The notes under the pieces are model-generated. The model was not told the origin of the DNA. It ran no database searches and saw nothing but the letters and a program-made list of their open reading frames with translations. From Candidatus Pacearchaeota archaeon CG10_big_fil_rev_8_21_14_0_10_34_76 (lineage in GTDB: Archaea > Nanobdellota > Nanobdellia > Pacearchaeales > GW2011-AR1), in NCBI GenBank assembly GCA_002763075.1, contig PFDB01000017.1, forward strand, positions 19,745-83,744: a stretch of DNA of 64,000 nt. Reading direction: 5' to 3'. Within the stretch, counting starts at the first letter, position 1; each line of letters begins with the position of its first letter. A program made the position numbers and the translations under genes. Shown one piece after another: positions 28,030 through 36,573 of the stretch.

Positions 28030-28692
28030 TTAAAATAAGGTTTTTTGCTTATTGTCTGGGAAGATATTTTTCCAGGTTGCCCAAGTTTTTCTGAATAAAC
28101 CAGAATTTTCAAGCTCATTGCCCCTTTCTCTGAGAAAAAGTTTAGTCAGTGGATCTGAGGGATATCCAGAGCCGAAATTTCCAAATTCTTTTTTCAATCT
28201 TGAGACTTCTTCCTCTCTCCTGACCTTAGCAAGAATAGATGCTGCTGAAACGGATGGGTGATTAGCATCTGCCTTGTGTTCGCAAGAAATTTTTAGGTTG
28301 TCTAAATAATCTATGAACCTTTCTAAGGTTCTTTGCCAGACTTGAGTGTTTACGGAAGGGCAATCAACTATGACTTTTATTTTATCTTTTTTATTGTTTA
28401 GAGAATTTATTATTTCTGCCGCTTTTTTTGCTTCTAATGTATTAAGATTTGTTCCAGAATTTATTGAGTTATCTATTTCCTCTGGAGAGGATTGAACAAC
28501 TTTTGAAGATATAGAATTTTTTAGAATTTCTTTAGAAATTGCAACTCTTGATGAATGTGCTAATAACTTAGAATCTTTTGCTCCTAATGTTTTTAGTCTT
28601 TTTTCTTGTTCTGTTGTAACAAGAACTCCTGCAAGAATCATTGGTCCAATTAAAGGTCCCCTACCTGCATCATCAATTCCTAAAATATACAT
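28030..28692 (-). CDS. rnhB: ribonuclease HII
   Basis: 220 aa starting ILGIDDAGRGPLIGPMILAGV, with later DSKLL and SAASILAK motifs. Confidence 0.9.
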   Translation of the reverse strand: MYILGIDDAGRGPLIGPMILAGVLVTTEQEKRLKTLGAKDSKLLAHSSRVAISKEILKNSISSKVVQSSPEEIDNSINSGTNLNTLEAKKAAEIINSLNNKKDKIKVIVDCPSVNTQVWQRTLERFIDYLDNLKISCEHKADANHPSVSAASILAKVRREEEVSRLKKEFGNFGSGYPSDPLTKLFLRERGNELENSGLFRKTWATWKNIFPDNKQKTLF

Positions 28693-28814
28693 TTATGATA
28701 AAAAATTGTTATATATAAAAGGTTATTGGAATAGATTCTTTATTAATTGAATTCAGTATTCTCCTTCCACGTTACGGAAATTGCACATTTTTAAAATAAC
28801 CCAAAAAATTATAG

Positions 28815-29447
28815 TTATGCTGATTTGAGCATTTCTCCATTTCTGATTTTTATTTCTTTTACCTTCAAGTTTTTATCTATATGAAATGCTGAGAAAGTTA
28901 TGTCGTATCCTTGATGGGGGAAATCTCTAATTTTGATTTTCATTTTTTTACTGCTATATGTTAAAGTTTTTGAAGGCCTTTTGATTGTTGAATAGGTTTT
29001 TCTTTCAATTCTTACCAAGATTTCTATCCATTCGTTTAGGCCTGCTATGTTCATTTCGTCTTTTATGAAATTGAGATCATCCTTAGAAAGACTATTTTGC
29101 TCTTTTCTTAAGAGATCTCTGTTGGAGCGACCAATAACGTGAGTATGGAATCCTCCCACTAGTTTGCTCTTAAGGTATTTGTTCCTCCTTATTACCTCAT
29201 CAAGTCTTCTGAGGCGTTTTATTGCTTCGTCGTTACCATAAGAAACTGATGTTGGGAGCCTTTTTGCAGTCACAAACTCATATACATTAGTTATCCTTAA
29301 TGTATCAGAATGACGTTTTCCGTATATTTCCCCCATCACTTCACGAGGCCAAGATTCTATTGCTGCTCTTATAAGTGAATAATAGTGAGATTCTCCTAGT
29401 TTGATTAATGATATTATGGCCATGCGAAGAGGGTTGTTTAAAATCAT
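28815..29447 (-). CDS. hypothetical protein, weakly JAB/MPN-like
   Basis: 210 aa. E...GGFHTHV...S..D loosely resembles the JAMM motif, but the spacing is non-canonical. The assignment is weak. Confidence 0.3.
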   Translation of the reverse strand: MILNNPLRMAIISLIKLGESHYYSLIRAAIESWPREVMGEIYGKRHSDTLRITNVYEFVTAKRLPTSVSYGNDEAIKRLRRLDEVIRRNKYLKSKLVGGFHTHVIGRSNRDLLRKEQNSLSKDDLNFIKDEMNIAGLNEWIEILVRIERKTYSTIKRPSKTLTYSSKKMKIKIRDFPHQGYDITFSAFHIDKNLKVKEIKIRNGEMLKSA

Positions 29448-29545
29448 TTAAAAGGTTATGCTGTAATCGTGGCAGAATGAAAAGAGATTTTGACAAGATT
29501 TTTTAGGCACTATTTTAGGCACTACTTTCAGTAAAAAATTCTTGA

Positions 29546-29938
29546 TTAGTCTTTTTTCTTAATTTCTTCTCCTGAAACTTCACTTAATCTAGGAATTACC
29601 ATGCTTTCTAATCCTAATCTCAATCCCGAAGGAATTGTTTTCTCTCCAGAAGCATTGCGAATTGAAGGAATTATCCTCATAAATATTTTAGCATTTCTTG
29701 CAGAGTGAATATTGTCTATAATTTCAGAGATTGTTCCAGATACATATATCTGATAAACATGTTCTCCTTTTGTATTTTTTATAGGATTAACACCTAACCC
29801 ATAAATAGTTGGGGAGTCACCATTGAATTTTCTTTGAACATGATAAACATCTCCAGTTTGTCTATCTTCATACTCCCAGATTCCTGGAAAGGAAGTTTTT
29901 TTCCAGCTTTCACGTTTTCTCATGATAAAATTTACCAT
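29546..29938 (-). CDS. hypothetical protein
   Basis: 130 aa ORF with no recognisable family. Confidence 0.45.
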   Translation of the reverse strand: MVNFIMRKRESWKKTSFPGIWEYEDRQTGDVYHVQRKFNGDSPTIYGLGVNPIKNTKGEHVYQIYVSGTISEIIDNIHSARNAKIFMRIIPSIRNASGEKTIPSGLRLGLESMVIPRLSEVSGEEIKKKD

Positions 29939-29951
29939 TATAAGATTTGAG

Positions 29952-30027
29952 TAGCGGGGGCGGGATTTGAACCACGCGACCTCCGGGTTATGGGCCCGAC
30001 GAGCACTCCAGACTGCTCCACCCCGCT
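29952..30027 (-). tRNA. initiator tRNA-Met (anticodon CAU)
   Basis: The reverse complement folds as AGCGGGG-TG-GAGC-AGTCTGGAGT-GCTC-G-TCGGG-CCCATAA-CCCGG-AGGTC-GCG(T)GG-TTCAAAT-CCCGC-CCCCGCT-A. The A1:U72 pair and three G:C pairs closing the anticodon stem are archaeal/eukaryal initiator hallmarks. C at position 33 and a bulged T in the T stem are unusual. Confidence 0.8.
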
Positions 30028-30079
30028 ATATAATTAAGACAATGAGAGGACTTTTAAATGTTATCTTACTCGTGGAATT

Positions 30080-30547
30080 ATGATTAGGGGTGCTAAAATT
30101 GAGGACTTTGATGAGATTTATAGATTACATGAAATGCTTGTAAAAAAATTAAGTACTCTTGAGCCTGATAGATTTTTATTGAAAGATAATGAGAAAGTTA
30201 GTTTTACAGAAAGATTCAACAAATATCTAAAAGAGAGTAATAGAAAGATGATCGTTTATGAATTAGATGGAGAAATTATAGGGTTTGGGGCATGCAAGAT
30301 TTTGAAAAGTGTTAATTTCTCAAGATTTGAAGAACATGGAGAGATAACTGAAATTTCTGTTAAGGAAGAGATGCAAAACAGGGGTATTGGAAGGGAAATA
30401 ATGAAAGAGTTAGAATCATTCTTGAAGGATAATGGTATTAGTGAAATAGTATTTCTTGTAGAATCTAGCAACCACCAGAGCCTTGCTACATGGGAAAAGA
30501 TGAATTATAAAAAGGAAACTTTCGTATTTAAGAAGATGCTAAAATGA
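30080..30547 (+). CDS. GNAT-family N-acetyltransferase
   Basis: 155 aa. EISVKEEMQNRGIGREIMKELESF is the acetyl-CoA-binding motif A (Q/RxxGxG/A). Confidence 0.8.
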   Translation: MIRGAKIEDFDEIYRLHEMLVKKLSTLEPDRFLLKDNEKVSFTERFNKYLKESNRKMIVYELDGEIIGFGACKILKSVNFSRFEEHGEITEISVKEEMQNRGIGREIMKELESFLKDNGISEIVFLVESSNHQSLATWEKMNYKKETFVFKKMLK

Positions 30548-30834
30548 GTGGACCAGGAGAAGGAAAGATACATTTGGGAAAGGCTGATGTTTACATTCAT
30601 GTTAAGGGAAAATCTGGAGCAAGTGTTACACATATAGACATTGAACTTGACAAATTAAATGATATAATTAACCCTGGGGAAAATACATATGTTGGAGGAA
30701 AGAAGGGCGGAGTATTTTTAGGATTGAAAAGGGATATGATACAAAGAATTGAAAATTCTTTGTCCAGTAAACTTACAAAAACTGGAAAAAAGTTTCCTGT
30801 TGAAAGAGCTGAGAAGGAGACTAAAATAAAATGA
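30544..30834 (+). CDS. hypothetical protein
   Basis: 96 aa with 4-nt overlaps to both neighbours (the GNAT gene and the next ORF), which suggests co-translation. No family recognised. Confidence 0.45.
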   Translation: MSGPGEGKIHLGKADVYIHVKGKSGASVTHIDIELDKLNDIINPGENTYVGGKKGGVFLGLKRDMIQRIENSLSSKLTKTGKKFPVERAEKETKIK

Positions 30835-31130
30835 GAGATGGATATGAAATAATAGAACAAGAGAGAAAATCAAATCGTAGAACTTACATTTCTACTCAAG
30901 CTATTGTTGGAGGATTTTTAATATCTGTTGGAGGAGTCTTTGGATCTGGAACTTATGTGCCAACTGGCGAAGGATACTCCCCTATGCAAATATTGGCCGC
31001 ACAAAGATTAGAAGATAATATCCACCTTGTTGCAGATATTGCAGATGATTTAGGTCTGACTTTAATGGGTCTTGGCTATTCTTTTGGAATTGGGAAACCT
31101 AAAAGAAAGAAAGAATTGGAAGATTTTTAA
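30831..31130 (+). CDS. hypothetical membrane protein
   Basis: 99 aa with one or two hydrophobic Gly-rich segments (AIVGGFLISVGGVFGSG; LGLTLMGLGYSFGIG). Confidence 0.45.
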   Translation: MRDGYEIIEQERKSNRRTYISTQAIVGGFLISVGGVFGSGTYVPTGEGYSPMQILAAQRLEDNIHLVADIADDLGLTLMGLGYSFGIGKPKRKKELEDF

Positions 31131-31167
31131 CAAAAGATTTTTAAATGGGGATTGATTAGAGAAAATA

Positions 31168-31551
31168 ATGAAAAGAGATTCTATGAAAGGATGGGCGTTA
31201 CTTGCTCTTAGATTATGGATTGGATTTATATTTGTATACCATGGATATCCTAAGTTGACTGGAGGATTTGGTCCTTTTGGAATGCCTGGATGGGTTGGAA
31301 TTATAGTTGGAATAGTTGAAGTTGTGTTCGGATTGGCATTGATTATTGGATGGGGCTTCCCTTGGATTACTTATCCATTAATGATTGTTATAGCTGTTGC
31401 CTGGTTGTTCATGCAAGTGCCTGGAATTACTTTGACTCCATTTAAGATTGGTGCTGGAGTTGAGAGAGACTTATTGATATTTATCGGCTTGTGGATTTCT
31501 GCTTTGTTTGGTCCTGGAATGTTTGCTTTGAGCAGAAAGAGAAGAAGATAA
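31168..31551 (+). CDS. DoxX-family membrane protein
   Basis: 127 aa, four TM segments and the DoxX-like N-terminal pattern LLALRLWIGFIFVYHGYPKL. Confidence 0.65.
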   Translation: MKRDSMKGWALLALRLWIGFIFVYHGYPKLTGGFGPFGMPGWVGIIVGIVEVVFGLALIIGWGFPWITYPLMIVIAVAWLFMQVPGITLTPFKIGAGVERDLLIFIGLWISALFGPGMFALSRKRRR

Positions 31552-31658
31552 TCTATCTAAATGTCATTGTGTAATATTGTTTCGGACTTTTTTCACTCAA
31601 GGTTCTGGAACCTTAACATAACAAACCTTAAAAGCAATATATTTCTATTTAGTTTCAT

Positions 31659-31743
31659 GCCCGGATGGCACAGTGGTTACTGCGCGGGATTGCTAATCCC
31701 GTTACGCGTAAGCGTTTCCCAGGTTCAAATCCTGGTCCGGGCG
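31659..31743 (+). tRNA. tRNA-Ser (anticodon GCU), class II with a long variable arm
   Basis: Acceptor GCCCGGA/TCCGGGC and anticodon arm CGGGA-TTGCTAA-TCCCG. Variable arm ACGC-GTAA-GCGT, T arm CCAGG-TTCAAAT-CCTGG, discriminator G. No intron. Confidence 0.9.
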
Positions 31744-31819
31744 TATTACACTTTTGCATTTTTCATGATGTACAAGAAAGACACGAAAATCTTATATATT
31801 CTCAATATTCCCTATATTA

Positions 31820-32062
31820 ATGGAAAAGAAAGTAATGGACTTTAATGTTGTTATAGAACAGGATGAAGACGGGGTTTATGTAGCTAGCGTTCCTGAAATT
31901 GAAGGATGTCATACCCAAGGAAAGAATGTTCCAGAAGTTCTAGAAAGAATTAAGGAAGCGATAGAGCTTTGCTTAGAAGCTGACGAAGAGCCAATAGAAC
32001 CAATGAAATTTATAGGTATACAAAAGATACAGGTTTCTAGGAAAGTTCTTCCAATCAAGTAA
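31820..32062 (+). CDS. hicB: HicB-family antitoxin (UPF0150)
   Basis: 80 aa. VVIEQDEDGVYVASVPEIEGCHTQGKNVPEVLERIKEAIELCLE is the typical HicB N-terminal domain. It lies directly upstream of hicA. Confidence 0.75.
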   Translation: MEKKVMDFNVVIEQDEDGVYVASVPEIEGCHTQGKNVPEVLERIKEAIELCLEADEEPIEPMKFIGIQKIQVSRKVLPIK

Positions 32063-32063
32063 G

Positions 32064-32297
32064 ATGGTTAAACTTGTAACTATTTCTGGAAAAAAGATGT
32101 GTAAGATTCTTGAGAAACTTGGGTTTGAGAAAATTCAAGCCAAAGGCAGTCATGTCAGATTCAAGCATTTAGATGGAAGAAGGACAGTTGTTCCAGTTCA
32201 TGGCAATGAAGATTTGGGGAAAGGTCTTCTAAGAACTATATTAAATCAGATTAAACTTACTAAAGAAGATTATGACAAATTAAGACAAGAAATTTGA
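32064..32297 (+). CDS. hicA: HicA-family mRNA interferase toxin
   Basis: 77 aa. KILEKLGFEKIQAKGSHVRFKHLDGRRTVVPVHGNEDLGKGLLRTILNQ matches the HicA (YcfA) dsRBD-like toxin with the catalytic GSH. Confidence 0.8.
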   Translation: MVKLVTISGKKMCKILEKLGFEKIQAKGSHVRFKHLDGRRTVVPVHGNEDLGKGLLRTILNQIKLTKEDYDKLRQEI

Positions 32298-32459
32298 AAA
32301 ATTCGTTCTCGACAAATTTTAAAAAGTCGGATAGTCTTGAGAAATAATCTAATCAAAGAGTCTCAGTGATTATGCAGAAGTAAGTGGTGTTTGGTCTTGG
32401 CGTTCTACCATTTTGTGATAAATAGAAGATTTTTTAAGCAGTTCTTGAATTGGTTCTTT

Positions 32460-32858
32460 ATGAGAATTAATCAAATGCTTATGGAAAAATATAGGGAAAA
32501 CCCTAGAAAGGTTAGAGAAATCTTTGAAACCGTTAGGAATACGGACACGGACAGAGCAGAGGCCAGAGAGTACATTAAATATTTGGGAAAGGATATAGTG
32601 AGATTCACAGATAGGGAAAAGAATCTTAGTCTTGCAAGTATAGGTCTCGTGGTAGCAGGAGCTGGATTAGTAATGGGTGGTGTTAAATATTATGGTGACA
32701 TTTTAATTTGTTCTGGATTAGTTACTTCTTTTATAACTTTTTTTTATCTCATCGATCCACAAACAGTTAATCAAATTTCAGAAAATGGTGTGGGTGACAG
32801 GGAGAAAAATTATAATTCTGTTAGAAATTTAGAAACTAAAGCACAAAAAATACAATAA
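32460..32858 (+). CDS. hypothetical membrane protein
   Basis: I place the start at the ATG 32460 (MRINQMLMEK...), with a TATA-like TTTTTAAG about 25 nt upstream. Two hydrophobic segments are present. No family recognised. Confidence 0.4.
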   Translation: MRINQMLMEKYRENPRKVREIFETVRNTDTDRAEAREYIKYLGKDIVRFTDREKNLSLASIGLVVAGAGLVMGGVKYYGDILICSGLVTSFITFFYLIDPQTVNQISENGVGDREKNYNSVRNLETKAQKIQ

Positions 32859-32953
32859 TTATCAAAAAGTAAAAGATATACTCCTCTCCGATAATCTTTA
32901 AAAATCCTAGAGCTCAAAAGAAGATAACCTAATCAAATACTAGAGATTAATTA

Positions 32954-33199
32954 TCAGTCATAAACTTCACCACGATGTTCAAATCGCAGGAAGTAAATTG
33001 TGTTATTAGAGAAAGAATATATTATTCTAAATGGTTTGACATAAACTGTTCTCTCGCCTTTTAGATCATATCTTAACGGCTTTCCTGTTTCTGGATCTTC
33101 AAGTATCTTCTTTATTTGCTTTCGTGCTTTTTCTTTAATAGAATTATCTGCCTTTCTAAATTCCTTCTCAAATTTTTCTGTAAAGATATATTCTACCAT
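32954..33199 (-). CDS. RelE/ParE-family toxin
   Basis: 81 aa. F.KEFRK......K..KQIKKILEDP..GKPLRYDLKGERTVYVKPFRIIYSF...TIYFLRFEHRGEVY is the type II toxin pattern. It abuts the antitoxin gene. Confidence 0.75.
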   Translation of the reverse strand: MVEYIFTEKFEKEFRKADNSIKEKARKQIKKILEDPETGKPLRYDLKGERTVYVKPFRIIYSFSNNTIYFLRFEHRGEVYD

Positions 33200-33466
33200 T
33201 TACCAGGTCTCAATTTCTTTGAGAAAATCTTCTTTGTTCATTTTTCTATATTTTCCTTGGGCAATCTCTTTCCAAGCTTCTTTTATTTCCTTAAGAGTAC
33301 GCAAATCATCTTCTTCCATGGGGTTCTTTACCTTTTTTAATACAATTAAATCATCCTCAGTAGAAACTGCAAGTGTCTCTCCATCCTTAAGGGCAAGTTT
33401 TCTTCTCACATTTAAAGGTATGACTACTTGTCCCTTGCTACTTATTTTTGTTAGCTCTATTTCCAT
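33200..33466 (-). CDS. AbrB/SpoVT-type antitoxin
   Basis: 88 aa. The N-terminal swapped-hairpin motif reads ISSKGQVVIPLNVRRKLALKDGETLAV. It lies immediately upstream of the RelE-like gene. Confidence 0.75.
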   Translation of the reverse strand: MEIELTKISSKGQVVIPLNVRRKLALKDGETLAVSTEDDLIVLKKVKNPMEEDDLRTLKEIKEAWKEIAQGKYRKMNKEDFLKEIETW

Positions 33467-33537
33467 ACTGGTAAGAATCTCTTACTTATATATAAATCTT
33501 TCGATGTGGGTCCTGTTTGGTTTGGGCGGAATGCAAT

Positions 33538-34701
33538 TTATCTAACTGACAGATATCCTGTTGGGACTCCCTTTTTGGAGAGAACTATTTGCCAGAGTTG
33601 AATTTTTCTAGCTCTAAATCCACCTGCACAAGAGAGAAGATAATATTTCCAAGTCCTGTAAAATCTTTTGTCATAATTCTTTTTTAGTTCACTCCAACCC
33701 TTCTCAAAATTATTAAACCATGCCATTAGAGTAAGATCGTAATATGCTCCAAAATTATGCCAATCTTCCATAACAAATAAACCATTGGTAGCTTCAGAAA
33801 TGTTTCTCATATTTGGGATATGCCCGTTTGGAAAAATGTGTTTCTCAATCCAAGGATCAGCTATATCATTTATTTCTGAAAATCCGAGGGTGTGTAATAA
33901 AAATAAGCCCTCATCTTTTAGACAACGATTAACTAATTCAATGTATTTTCTGTGGTTTTTAGGACCTACGTGCTCAAACATTCCTAGGGAAACAATGTGA
34001 TCAAATTTTTCATTTATCTCACGATAGTCCTGAAGCCTAAACTCAACAGGCAGACCCTTGCATAACTTTTTTCCTAATTTGACTTGTTCTTTTGAGACTG
34101 TAACCCCAACACATCTTACTTTATATTTTTCTGCGGCAAATTTCATAAAACTGCCCCAACCGCAACCAATGTCAAGAATTTTTTGTCCTGGTTTTAATTT
34201 TAGTTTCTTACATACCAAATCTAATTTTGCTTCCTGAGCTTGATCAAGGTTCCTTGCATCTCCCCAATAACCACAAGTATATGTTAGTCTCTTGTCAAGC
34301 ATTTTTATGAAAAGGTCATTTCCAAGATCATAATGTTTTTCTCCAACTTGGTATGCTCTGTTAATTGATTGTAAATTGAACAATTTTGATTTGATAAACT
34401 GAAGTATAGTTTTGGCATTTATTTTAAATTTACTATCCAACTCAGCACATAGAATACGATAAAATAATTCATCAATGTTCTTACAATCCCACCATCCATC
34501 AACATAAGATTCTCCCAACCCCATTGATCCCTTGGCTATTATTCTGTTATATAATCTTTTATCATGAACTTGGATATCCCATGGACGAGAGCCATTAATT
34601 TTTATGTCTGCTAATGAAAGAAGCCGTTTAATTTCTTTTTCAGCACCGGAAACCATTTCTTCTTGTGTAAACAAAAGTTTATAAAATTGTGCTTTTCGCA
34701 C
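33538..34701 (-). CDS. cfa: cyclopropane-fatty-acyl-phospholipid synthase-like SAM methyltransferase
   Basis: 387 aa with CFA-synthase blocks HYDLGNDLF, CGYW, LKPGQKILDIGCGWGSF, GMFEHVG and LLHT. Confidence 0.8.
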   Translation of the reverse strand: MRKAQFYKLLFTQEEMVSGAEKEIKRLLSLADIKINGSRPWDIQVHDKRLYNRIIAKGSMGLGESYVDGWWDCKNIDELFYRILCAELDSKFKINAKTILQFIKSKLFNLQSINRAYQVGEKHYDLGNDLFIKMLDKRLTYTCGYWGDARNLDQAQEAKLDLVCKKLKLKPGQKILDIGCGWGSFMKFAAEKYKVRCVGVTVSKEQVKLGKKLCKGLPVEFRLQDYREINEKFDHIVSLGMFEHVGPKNHRKYIELVNRCLKDEGLFLLHTLGFSEINDIADPWIEKHIFPNGHIPNMRNISEATNGLFVMEDWHNFGAYYDLTLMAWFNNFEKGWSELKKNYDKRFYRTWKYYLLSCAGGFRARKIQLWQIVLSKKGVPTGYLSVR

Positions 34702-34783
34702 ATAAGATGGTGTGATTTTGTTCGGATGTAATACTATTTTACCTAAGATAAAAATTCACTTTTTGACTTGTTTCCAGAGAAAT

Positions 34784-35488
34784 CTAAGTTCTTAGTTTAT
34801 CTGGGTTAATGCTCTTCATTGCTTCAATCAATGCTCTTCCACTTACAATAGAATTAGAATTTTCTAATGGAGCCTTAAGAATTCCAAGAACTGCATATTC
34901 TTGTCTTGTTAATCCATAAAGCATAGCTTGGTCTTGAAACGCTCTGAGTTCTGGAGTAACACCCTTAAGGACTGCAGTATCATCTTTCAACTCATCATAA
35001 ATTCTCTTACCTTTAGTCAATATTTGCTCGGCAATCGTAATGTCTTTTCCAGAAAATTTTGGAAGTTCGGTATAGGGGGCAATTGTAATTCTATTGATAT
35101 TATTACCAAGACTTTCTCTAACTAATGAATGAGTCCATAATTCTGGGTCGTATGCTACGAAAATAAGGTTAGGGTGTGCATTATCTGTTGTGGACAATCT
35201 CATTAGTATGTGTTGATCTGCAGCCGAATTAAGAACTTGCTCTAGGGCTGCGAGTGCAACTCTCTCTCTTCCCAATGTCTTTTGCTCTTCAAGATGATTA
35301 GTGTGAGTAATCATGTCTCTTGTTTGGTAAACACCTATAAACTTTGGCACAATCAGGCCTTTTTCTTTTTTAATCAAAACATTTAATAAGTTATCCAGAG
35401 ATGTTTCTACGTCAAAAGGATTTATCTCCCCAGTCCTAATTTCTCTTCCCGTTCCAACCGCGTAACTGAAACCTGTTTGCCAATCCAT
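34784..35488 (-). CDS. hypothetical protein
   Basis: 234 aa ORF with no recognisable family. Confidence 0.5.
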   Translation of the reverse strand: MDWQTGFSYAVGTGREIRTGEINPFDVETSLDNLLNVLIKKEKGLIVPKFIGVYQTRDMITHTNHLEEQKTLGRERVALAALEQVLNSAADQHILMRLSTTDNAHPNLIFVAYDPELWTHSLVRESLGNNINRITIAPYTELPKFSGKDITIAEQILTKGKRIYDELKDDTAVLKGVTPELRAFQDQAMLYGLTRQEYAVLGILKAPLENSNSIVSGRALIEAMKSINPDKLRT

Positions 35489-35667
35489 ATTTTTTTTGAT
35501 TTTTTTAAGTATTTAAATTTATTGTCTCTTTATAGTAACTATAAAATAGGAGGATTTAAAAGTTGAAGTTTTGTTGGGAAAAGCCCCATATAATCTTCCC
35601 CAGAAATATTGGGGGATAGAGAATAGCAAAGATCTTTTATTCTGTCAGAAAGATTTTATTTCCCATC

Positions 35668-36573
35668 TTATTTTTTAGTGACGGCATGACCGCCAAACTC
35701 TCTTCTTATTGCTGCTATAGTCTTTTTCCCCAAAAGAAAATTTTTGTCTTCTTTCTTAGTTGAGCTTTTTCTTATCTTTGTTGCAACATCAAAAGCTGGA
35801 GTGTAGCCCCTTACAGATTTTTTCGTATCATTTAATTCTTTGATTGTAACACTTGATATATTTGGGCTTATATCTTCGAAGTCCTTTTTCTTTAAAGCAA
35901 CTTCAGCCAAATCCACAAGCCAAGATTTTATAACGCTTGCGGGCCCCCAAACTTCTAAGGCTTTTTTTATGTCAATCTTCTTTTTATCAAGAAGTTCAAC
36001 GCCCTCTGCAATTCCCTGAAGATAGACATATTCTATAATGTTATGGGTGCTTTTTACAAAATGCCCATTTCCAGCTGCTCCGAAATAACCATATCCTTTT
36101 TTAGGAGCAAGACTTTTACAGAATGGTTCAATTTTACTAAAAACATTTTCTTCGCCACCAATCATCAAAGTATATCCATTTTCCAGCCCATGAGTTCCGC
36201 CGCTTACTCCAATATCAAAAAAGTGAACTCCTTTTTTCCTGCATAATTTATCATGTTTTTCAGCGTTTTTATAGAAATCATTTGCTCCATCAATCAAAAT
36301 ATCTCCTTTTTTCAGTTTCTTCAAGAGAATTTTTATCATGTCGTTTGTTGTGCTTCCTGCAGGGAGCATAAGCCAAACTATTTTCTGTCCATCTAGTTTA
36401 GACAGAAATTCATCCAAATCATATGAGGGGGTAGCTCCTTTTTTGGCAATTTCTTTTGTTTTATTAGGAGAACGATTCCAGACAATAACTTCGTGTCCAT
36501 GTTTCAAGAGCCTCTCAACCATTCCAGAGCCCATTCTGCCTAAACCTATAAATCCTATTTTCATGAACGCCAT
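35668..36573 (-). CDS. gnd: 6-phosphogluconate dehydrogenase, short (about 300 aa) decarboxylating type
   Basis: Rossmann N-terminus MKIGFIGLGRMGSGMVERLLKHGHEV and the 6PGDH-like GGNGHFVK / IEYVYLQGIAEG blocks. It overlaps or abuts the zwf stop. The start may be M4 at 36564. Confidence 0.75.
   Translation of the reverse strand: MAFMKIGFIGLGRMGSGMVERLLKHGHEVIVWNRSPNKTKEIAKKGATPSYDLDEFLSKLDGQKIVWLMLPAGSTTNDMIKILLKKLKKGDILIDGANDFYKNAEKHDKLCRKKGVHFFDIGVSGGTHGLENGYTLMIGGEENVFSKIEPFCKSLAPKKGYGYFGAAGNGHFVKSTHNIIEYVYLQGIAEGVELLDKKKIDIKKALEVWGPASVIKSWLVDLAEVALKKKDFEDISPNISSVTIKELNDTKKSVRGYTPAFDVATKIRKSSTKKEDKNFLLGKKTIAAIRREFGGHAVTKK

Noticed and set aside
29501-29524. Perfect tandem duplication of a 12-mer (TTTTAGGCACTA x2) upstream of the JAB-like gene.
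   Set aside because: It is real in the sequence, but with only two copies in an A/T-rich promoter region it could be replication slippage. There is no second occurrence or partner regulator to support a function.
31561-31845. 94-aa plus-strand ORF spanning tRNA-Ser.
   Set aside because: It reads straight through a well-folded class II tRNA-Ser (31659-31743). There is no independent coding evidence.
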